Under the pieces are notes generated by a model that worked only from the letters and a program-made list of their open reading frames with translations, made no database searches and had not been told where the DNA came from. The translations under genes were made by a program, and so were the position numbers. Source: Macrostomum lignano (Eukaryota). From it: a stretch of DNA of 64,000 nucleotides. Positions within the stretch are counted from its first letter, which is position 1; each line of letters opens with the position of its first letter. Location: positions 186,001 through 250,000 of the forward strand of contig NIVC01000691.1 of the NCBI GenBank assembly GCA_002269645.1. The letters are read 5' to 3'. Shown here piece by piece: positions 54,865 to 64,000 of the stretch.

Positions 54865-55735
54865 GGTTTTGAGGTTGTGGAGTTTAGGGGTTGTGGAGTT
54901 TAGGGGTTGTGAAGTTTAGGGGTTGTGTAGTTTAGGGGTTGTGTAGTTTGGGGTTTGTGTAGTTTAGGGGTTGTGTAGTTTAGGGATTGTGTAGTTTAGG
55001 GGTTGTGTAGTTTGGGGTTTGTGTAGTTTAGGGGTTGTGTAGTTTAGGGGTTGTGTAGTTTAGGGGTTGTGTAGTTTAGGGGTTGTGTAGTTTAGGAGTT
55101 GTGTAGTTTAGGAGTTGTGTAGTTTAGGGGTTGTGTAGTTTAGGGGTTGTGTAGTTTAGGAGTTGTGTAGTTTAGGGGTTGTGTAGTTTAGGGGTTGTGT
55201 AGTTTAGGGATTGTGTAGTTTAGGGGTTGTGTAGTTTAGGGGTTGTGTAGTTTGGGGTTGTGTAGTTTAGAGGTTGTGTAGTTTAGGGGTTGTGTAGTTT
55301 AGGGGTTGTGTAGTTTAGGAGTTGTGTAGTTTAGGGGTTGTGTAGTTTAGGGGTTGTGTAGTTTAGGAGTTGTGTAGTTTAGGGGTTGTGTAGTTTAGGG
55401 GTTGTGTAGTTTAGGGGTTGTGTAGTTTAGGAGTTGTGTAGTTTAGGGGTTGTGTAGTTTAGGGGTTGTGTAGTTTAGGGATTGTGTAGTTTAGGGGTTG
55501 TGTAGTTTAGGGGTTGTGTAGTTTAGGGGTTGTGTAGTTTAGAGGTTGTGTAGTTTAGGGGTTGTGTAGTTTAGGGGTTGTGTAGTTTAGGGGTTGTGTA
55601 GTTTAGGGGTTGTGTAGTTTAGGGGTTGTGAAGTTTAGGGGTTGTGGAGTTTAGAGGTTGTGTAGTTTAGGGGTTGTGTAGTTTAGGGGTTGTGTAGTTT
55701 AGGAGTTGTGTAGTTTAGGAGTTGTAGAGTTTAGA
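54865..55735. repeat. 16-bp G-rich minisatellite
   Basis: gtttaggggttgtgta units, ~54 copies. Confidence 0.95.
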
Positions 55736-55887
55736 GGCGGTTAAGTCTGAGGTCGCACACGGTCGCACTGAGCAGCAACTACTCAAACAACCCAGTAGAC
55801 GGCCGATGTCCAAAGGCTGTTGTCGAAGCAGCCGCAGAAGTGGAATAATAAAAAACGCAGCGAACTCCAGTCTGCAAGTCTTTGTTC

Positions 55888-57031
55888 TCAATACTTGTAA
55901 TTCGTATTTGACCTTGCTCTCAACAAAGCTTCCTGTGCTTTCAATTTTTTAGTTTGTTCCGGCAGTCGATGAGACCTGCGGCGCATGTACTTGTTAAAGA
56001 ACTTCTTTGAGGCCTTAAGTGGGGCCTTCGTAATGAACTTAATTACTTCTGCGGGCCAACAATTGGGTTAGGAAAATAAAGTGACATTTTTTCAATATAC
56101 TGTTTGTAAACACCGCTAAATACCATCTACATTCGTGATTTGGCGCTGTCTAGATTTGTGATTTGGCGCCATCTACATTTGTGATTTGGCGCCGTCTAGA
56201 TTTGTGATTTGGCGCCATCTACATTTGTTATTTGGCACCATCTAGATTTGTTATTTGGCACCATCTAGATTTGTTATTTGGCGCCATCTAGATTTGTGAT
56301 TTGGCGCCGTCTAGATTTGTGATTTGGCGCCGGCTACATTCGTGCTTTGGCCGCCATCTACATTTGTGATTTGGCGCCACCCACATTTGTGATTTGGCGC
56401 CACCCACATTTGTGATTTGGCGCCACCCACATTTGTGATTTGGCGCCACCCACATTTGTGATTTGGCGCCATCTACATTTGTGGTTAGACGCAAACTACA
56501 TTTGTGATTTGGCGCCATCTTTCGTGGTATGGCGCCATCTGCATTTGTGATTTGACGCCATCTGCAATCGTGGAAGCCTCTTTTGAAAAGCAAAATTATG
56601 CTTAAAAAATAATAATTGATTACACCTGCCCCAATGGGGCCAGATGTGCAACCGACAGCTCAGCCGCAGCTATTGCGCGGCGCATCTGAAGGCTGCGTAC
56701 GGCTGTTCAGTCCAAGGACTGGGGGTCGCCACACACAGCCTCAATTACCCCAGCTAATGCTGGCACCCATTTTACAGCTGGGTGAACTGAAGCAATGCAG
56801 AGTTAAGCATCTTTCTTAAAGACACAAATTGTTCCAGTGGGATCGGGAATCGATTCCCCGACCTTCAAATCTTAACCACTAGCCCTAGGCTACAACCCCA
56901 GGCAAGGCTAATGTTAAAATTATGCTTTGAAAAAGCTTACTCGCAGGATTGCAGCAATCGCCAGTCTGAATAAACTCTGAAAGCAGCAATAGAACACCAA
57001 CCAGAAGCAGCGCTCTGGTCGCCAAATGCAT
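55888..57031 (-). CDS. Secreted cationic peptide P3, 2 exons, 83 aa, no recognised family
   Basis: Exons 57031-56941 and 56048-55888, a|gtaagc donor, cgcag acceptor, phase 1: MHLATRALLLVGVLLLLSEFIQTGDCCNPAKVIKFITKAPLKASKKFFNKYMRRRSHRLPEQTKKLKAQEALLRARSNTNYKY*. Confidence 0.78.
56120..56560. repeat. 23-bp minisatellite in P3 intron
   Basis: catctacatttgtgatttggcgc units. Confidence 0.9.
56650..56892 (-). mobile_element. tRNA-derived CORE-type SINE copy in P3 intron
   Basis: Minus strand starts tagcctagggctagtggttaag (A-box-like), ggtcggggaatcgattccc (B-box-like), then a CORE-like ...atgcttaac...cccagctgtaaaatggg; 3' boundary uncertain. Confidence 0.55.
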
Positions 57032-57433
57032 GGCGATGAAAGCAGACTCCGCAGCCGAGCCAGAAGTATCTGCAGAATAATAATGCTACCTTTTTTCTGT
57101 TTAAATTGCCGCCGTAATAAAAATTTGATCTCTCTATATGTGAACAGATTGGCTGAGGCGCGAGTGCCATAGACGCTTATCTGCACTCAGTTGTAACAAA
57201 TCTATAAATAGATTCTGGCGCTACAGAAAACAATCGGAATCAATAAATTAAGTGAGCTTAAAATACCATCAAACATATCTAGCATTTTATTTCTGCATTA
57301 CCTGCAGTAGTAAAAACGCGAAAATATTACACGAATTAAGTTATTTAACATTTATAAATAAATTTTAATAACTATTCTACAAATGTACTTAAAAAGTAGA
57401 AATGTACGGAAAATACGTTGAAAAAGCGTTGAA

Positions 57434-60400
57434 TTAGCACCACTCCCCCAGATTAGCATCACTCCCCAGATTAGCACCACTCCCCCAGATTAGCACCACT
57501 CCCCAGATTAGCACCACTCCCCAGATTAGCACCACTTCCCCCGCTAAGCACTCCCCCCGCTCCCCCTGCTTAGCACCACTCACCCCGCTAAGCACTCCCC
57601 CAGAGTGCTTAGCACCACTCCACAGATTAGCACCACTCCCCCAGATTAGCATCACTCCCCAGATTAGCACCACTCCCCCAGATTAGCACCACTTCTCCAG
57701 ATTAGCATCACTCCCCTAGATTAGCACCACTCCCCAGATTAGCATCACTCCCCCAGATTAGCACCAGTCCCCCAGATTAGCACCACTCCCCAGATTAGCA
57801 CCACTCCCCAGATTAGCACCACTTCCCCGCTAAGCACTCCCCCGCTCCCCCTGCTTAGCACCACTCCCCCGCTAAGCACTCCCCCAGAGTGCTTAGCACC
57901 ACTCCCCAGATTAGCACCACTCCCCCAGATTAGCATCACTCCCCAGATTAGCACCACTCCCCCAGATTAGCACCACTCCCCAGATTATCACCACTCCCCA
58001 GTTTAGCACCACTTCCCCCGCTAAGCACTCCCCCCGCTCCCCCTGCTTAGCACCACTCACCCCGCTAAGCACTCCCCCAGAGTGCTTAGCACCACTCCCC
58101 AGATTAGCACCACTCCCCCAGATTAGCATCACTCCCCTGATTAGCACCACTCCCCCAGATTAGCACCACTTCTCCAGATTAGCATCACTCCCCTAGATTA
58201 GCACCACTCCCCAGATTAGCATCACTCCCCCAGATTAGCACCAGTCCCCCAGATTAGCACCACTCCCCAGATTAGCACCACTCCCCAGATTAGCACCACT
58301 TCCCCCGCTAAGCACTCCCCCCGCTCCCCCTGCTTAGCACCACTCACCCCGCTAAGCACTCCCCCAGAGTGCTTAGCACCACTCCCCAGATTAGCACCAC
58401 TCCCCCAGATTAGCATCACTCCCCAGATTAGCACCACTCCCCCAGATTAGCACCACTTCTCCAGATTAGCATCACTCCCCTAGATTAGCACCACTCCCCA
58501 GATTAGCATCACTCCCCCAGATTAGCACCAGTCCCCCCGCTAAGCACCACTCCCCAGATTAGCACCACTCCCCCAGATTAGCACCACTACCCCTGCTTAG
58601 CACCACTCCCTAGATTATCACCAGTCCCCCTGCTTAGCACCACTCCCCCAGATTAGCACCACTCCCCCAGATTAGCACCACTCCCCCAGATTAGCACCAC
58701 TCCCCCAGATTAGCACCACTCCCCCAGATTAGCACCACTCCCCCAGATTAGCACCACTCCCCCAGATTAGCACCACTCCCCCAGATTAGCACCACTCCCC
58801 AGATTAGCACCACTCCCCCAGATTAGCACCACTCCCCCAGATTAGCACCACTCCCCCAGATTAGCACCACTCCCCCAGATTAGCACCACTACCCCTGCTT
58901 AGCACCACTCCCCCAGATTAGCACCACTCCCCAGATTAGCACCACTCCCCCAGATTAGCACCACTCCCCCAGATTAGCACCACTCCCCCAGATTAGCACC
59001 ACTCCCCTGCTTAGCACCACTCCCCCCGCTTAGCACCACTCCCCCCGCTTAGCACCACTCCACCAGATTAGCACCACTCCCCGAGATTAGCACCACTCCC
59101 CCAGATTAGCACCACTCCTCCAGATTAGCACCACTCCTCCAGATTAGCATTACTCCCCCTGCTAAGCACCACTCCCCCAGATTAGCACCACTCCCCCAGA
59201 TTAGCACCACTCCTCCAGATTAGCACCACTCCCCCTGCTTAGCACCACTCCCCAGATTAGCACCACTTCCCCCGCTAAGCACTCCCCCCGCTCCCCCTGC
59301 TTAGCACCACTCCCCCCGCTAAGCACTCCCCCAGAGTGCTTAGCACCACTCCCCAGATTAGCACCACTCCCCCAGATTAGCATCACTCCCCAGATTAGCA
59401 CCACTCCCCCAGATTAGCACCACTTCTCCAGATTAGCATCACTCCCCTAGATTAGCACCACTCCCCAGATTAGCATCACTCCCCCAGATTAGCACCAGTC
59501 CCCCCGCTAAGCACCACTCCCCAGATTAGCACCACTCCCCCAGATTAGCACCACTACCCCTGCTTAGCACCACTCCCTAGATTAGCACCACTCCCCCTGC
59601 TTAGCACCACTCCCCCAGATTAGCACCACTCCCCCAGATTAGCACCACTCCCCCAGATTAGCACCACTCCCCCAGATTAGCACCACTCCCCCAGATTAGC
59701 ACCACTCCCCCAGATTAGCACCACTCCCCCAGATTAGCACCACTCCCCCAGATTAGCACCACTCCCCAGATTAGCACCACTCCCCCAGATTAGCACCACT
59801 CCCCCAGATTAGCACCACTACCCCTGCTTAGCACCACTCCCCCAGATTAGCACCACTCCCCAGATTAGCACCACTCCTCCAGATTAGCACCACTCCCCAG
59901 ATTAGCACCACTCCCCCAGATTAGCACCACTCCCCCTGCTTAGCACCACTCCCCCGCTTAGCACCACTCCCCCCGCTTAGCACCACTCCACCAGATTAGC
60001 ACCACTCCCCGAGATTAGCACCACTCCCCCAGATTAGCACCACTCCTCCAGATTAGCACCACTCCTCCAGATTAGCATTACTCCCCCTGCTAAGCACCAC
60101 TCCCCCAGATTAGCACCACTCCCCCAGATTAGCACCACTCCTCCAGATTAGCACCACTCCCCCTGCTTAGCACCACTCCCCCAGATTAGCACCACTCCTC
60201 CAGATTAGCACCACTCCCCCAGATTAGCACCACTCCTCCAGATTAGCACCACTCTTCCAGATTAGCACCACTCCTCCAGATTAGCACCACTCCCCCAGTT
60301 TGCACCACTCCCCCAGATTAGCACCACTCCCCCAGATTAGCATTACTCCCCCTGCTAAGCACCACTCCCCCAGATTAGCACCACTCCCCCAGATTAGCAC

Positions 60401-63400
60401 CACTCCCCAGATTAGCACCACTCCTCCAGATTAGCACCACTCCCCCAGATTAGCACCACTCCCCCAGATTAGCACCACTCCCCCAGATTAGCACCACTCC
60501 TCCAGATTAGCACCACTCCTCCAGATTAGCACCACTCCCCCTGCTTAGCACCACTCCCCCAGATTAGCACCACTCCTCCAGATTAGCACCACTCCCCCAG
60601 ATTAGCACCACTCCTCCAGATTAGCACCACTCCCCCAGATTAGCACCACTCCTCCAGATTAGCACCACTCCCCCAGATTGGCACCACTCCTCCAGATTAG
60701 CACCACTCCTCCAGATTAGCACCACTCCCCCAGTTTGCACCACTCCCCCAGATTAGCACCACTCCTCCAGATTAGCATTACTCCCCCTGCTAAGCACCAC
60801 TCCCCATGATTAGCACCACTCCCCCAGATTGGCACCACTCCTCCAGATTAGCACCACTCCCCCTGCTTAGCACCACTCCCCCAGATTAGCACCACTCCTC
60901 CAGATTAGCACCACTCCCCCAGATTAGCACCACTCCTCCAGATTAGCACCACTCCTCCAGATTAGCACCACTCCTCCAGATTAGCACCACTCCCCCAGTT
61001 TGCACCACTCCCCCAGATTAGCACCACTCCCCCAGATTAGCACCACTCCCCAGATTAGCACCACTCCCCAGATTAGCACCACTTCCCCCGCTAAGCACTC
61101 CCCCCGCTCCCCCTGCTTAGCACCACTCACCCCGCTAAGCACTTCCCCAGAGTGCTTAGCACCACTCCACAGATTAGCACCACTCCCCCAGATTAGCATC
61201 ACTCCCCAGATTAGCACCACTCCCCCCAGATTAGCACCACTTCTCCAGATTAGCATCACTCCCCTAGATTAGCACCACTCCCCAGATTAGCATCACTCCC
61301 CCAGATTAGCACCACTCCCCCAGATTAGCACCACTCCTCCAGATTAGCATTACTCCCCCTGCTAAGCACCACTCCCTAGATTAGCACCACTCCCCAGATT
61401 AGCACCACTCCTCCAGATTAGCACCACTCCCCAGATTAGCACCACTCCCCCAGATTAGCACCACTCCCCCAGATTAGCACCACTCCCCCAGATTAGCACC
61501 ACTCCCCCAGATTAGCACCACTCCCCCAGATTAGCACCACTCCCCCAGATTAGCACCACTCCCCCAGATTAGCACCACTCCCCCAGATTAGCACCACTCC
61601 CCCAGATTAGCACCACTACCCCTGCTTAGCACCACTCCCCCAGATTAGCACCACTCCCCAGATTAGCACCACTCCTCCAGATTAGCACCACTCCCCCAGA
61701 TTAGCACCACTCCCCCAGATTAGCACCACTCCCCCTGCTTAGCACCACTCCCCCCGCTTAGCACCACTCCCCCCGCTTAGCACCACTCCACCAGATTAGC
61801 ACCACTCCCCGAGATTAGCACCACTCCCCCAGATTAGCACCACTCCTCCAGATTAGCACCACTCCTCCAGATTAGCATTACTCCCCCTGCTAAGCACCAC
61901 TCCCCCAGATTAGCACCACTCCCCCAGATTAGCACCACTCCTCCAGATTAGCACCACTCCCCCAGATTAGCACCACTCCTCCAGATTAGCACCACTCCCC
62001 CAGATTAGCACCACTCCTCCAGATTAGCACCACTCCTCCAGATTAGCACCACTCCTACAGATTAGCACCACTCCCCCAGTTTGCACCACTCCCCCAGATT
62101 AGCACCACTCCTCCAGATTAGCATTACTCCCCCTGCTAAGCACCACTCCCCCAGATTAGCACCACTCCCCCAGATTAGCACCACTCCCCAGATTAGCACC
62201 ACTCCCCAGATTAGCACCACTCCCCCAGATTAGCATCACTCCCCAGATTAGCACCACTCCCCCAGATTAGCACCACTTCTCCAGATTAGCATCACTCCCC
62301 TAGATTAGCACCACTCCCCAGATTAGCATCACTCCCCCAGATTAGCACCAGTCCCCCAGATTAGCACCACTCCCCAGATTAGCACCACTCCCCAGATTAG
62401 CACCACTTCCCCCGCTAAGCACTCCCCCCGCTCCCCCTGCTTAGCACCACTCCCCCCGCTAAGCACTCCCCCAGAGTGCTTAGCACCACTCCCCAGATTA
62501 GCACCACTCCCCCAGATTAGCACCACTCCCCCAGATTAGCACCACTCCTCCAGATTAGCACCACTCCCCCAGATTAGCACCACTCCTCCAGATTAGCACC
62601 ACTCCTCCAGATTAGCACCACTCCCCCAGATTAGCACCACTCCTCCAGATTAGCACCACTCCCCCAGATTGGCACCACTCCTCCAGATTAGCACCACTCC
62701 TCCAGATTAGCACCACTCCACCAGATTAGCACCACTCCCCAGATTAGCACCACTCCTCCAGATTAGCATTACTCCCCCTGCTAAGCACCACTCCCCCAGA
62801 TTAGCACCACTCCCCCAGATTAGCACCACTCCTCCAGATTAGCACCACTCCCCCTGCTTAGCACCACTCCCCCAGATTAGCACCACTCCTCCAGATTAGC
62901 ACCACTCCCCCAGATTAGCACCACTCCTCCAGATTAGCACCACTCCTCCAGATTAGCACCACTCCTCCAGATTAGCACCACTCCCCCAGTTTGCACCACT
63001 CCCCCAGATTAGCACCACTCCTCCAGATTAGCATTACTCCCCCTGCTAAGCACCACTCCCCCAGATTAGCACCACTCCCCCAGATTAGCACCACTCCCCA
63101 GATTAGCACCACTCCTCCAGATTAGCACCACTCCCCCAGATTAGCACCACTCCCCAGATTAGCACCACTCCTCCAGATTAGCACCACTCCCCCAGATTAG
63201 CACCACTCCCCCAGATTAGCACCACTCCCCCAGATTAGCACCACTCCCCAGATTAGCACCACTCCCCCAGATTAGCACCACTCCCCCAGATTACCACCAC
63301 TCCCCCAGATTAGCACCACTCCACCAGATTAGCACCACTCCCCGAGATTAGCACCACTCCCCCAGATTAGCACCACTCCCCCTGCTTAGCACCACTCCCC

Positions 63401-63715
63401 CGCTTAGCACCACTCCACCAGATTAGCACCACTCCCCAGATTAGCACCACTCCTCCAGATTAGCACCACTCCCCCAGATTAGCACCACTCCCCCAGATTA
63501 GCACCACTCCTCCAGATTAGCACCACTCCTCCAGATTAGCACCACTCCCCCAGATTAGCACCACTCCCCCAGATTAGCACCACTCCCCCAGATTAGCACC
63601 ACTCCCCCAGATTAGCACCACTCCATCAGATTAGCACCACTCCCCCAGATTAGCACCACTCCCCCAGATTAGCACCACTCCCCCAGATTAGCACCACTCC
63701 CCCAGATTAGCACCA
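57434..63715. repeat. 19-bp satellite, ~6.3 kb, with higher-order structure
   Basis: ttagcaccactcccccaga units (~330); variant blocks recur at longer periods. Confidence 0.97.
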
Positions 63716-63907
63716 GTAAAACAAATCTGTAAAAGTAAGAAACCCGGAAAATTTTGCAGCATCACGTGACTATCTCGAAATTCACAAGTCGACTCGGCCG
63801 CAAAAGTTCAACATCCAGAAGCTGCCTATGAACTCCAAATTATTAGATAGGTAGAACAAATTTTTAAAAGTCAATCACACACGCGACTGCTTCCCAGTTT
63901 CTGCTGG

Positions 63908-64000
63908 TCAACCCCATCGATTATTCTTAGCTTTGGCCGCATCTCTAGACGCCTTCAGGGCCTCCTCGGCTGCCTTCTTAGCCGCCTCGGCCGCCTCTCT
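63908..64000 (-). CDS. C-terminal end of an Ala/Lys/Glu-rich helical protein (candidate P4), truncated by the window edge
   Basis: REAAEAAKKAAEEALKASRDAAKAKNNRWG*; GC-rich coding-like sequence, same strand as P1-P3 and similar to the P2 tail KEAAKKAMKQAMGR. Confidence 0.5.
   Translation of the reverse strand, partial: REAAEAAKKAAEEALKASRDAAKAKNNRWG

Noticed and set aside
54865-55735. Interstitial telomere (TTAGGG-like)
   Set aside because: The unit is a 16-mer containing TTTAGGGG once, not a (TTAGGG)n tract; at most quadruplex-prone.
55760-55850. Plus-strand ...GRCPKAVVEAAAEVE* resembling the GCPK junction
   Set aside because: Wrong strand, no signal peptide or start; probably coincidental within the P3 3' region.

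Overview
Eukaryotic (animal) genomic DNA: spliced genes with GT-AG introns, and most larger introns are filled with minisatellites. This style is reminiscent of the flatworm Macrostomum, which is an inference only. Left part: a very young, full-length ~12.3 kb Ty3/Gypsy LTR retrotransposon on the minus strand (3252-15570). It has 2.2 kb near-identical LTRs, a TTTG target-site duplication and a tRNA-Leu PBS, but no recognisable aspartic protease. Degenerate piggyBac and mariner transposase remnants follow. Middle: a convergent gene pair, PAQR3-like (+, 6 exons, 346 aa) and nardilysin/NRDC-like M16A peptidase (-, 16 exons, 1133 aa). Right part: a LINE RNase H fragment, two tiny MITE families with 8-bp TSDs, and a CORE-type SINE. 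The most interesting signal, which the ORF track misses because the genes are spliced, is a tandem cluster of at least three (probably four) paralogous two-exon minus-strand genes. They encode small secreted, strongly cationic, amphipathic peptides: signal peptide, Cys-containing junction, phase-1 intron, then a shared K-[AS]-[PS]-x-K...N-K core. Each gene carries and is separated by a different satellite array. All coordinates were read by hand, no searches were run, and family assignments come from motif recognition.
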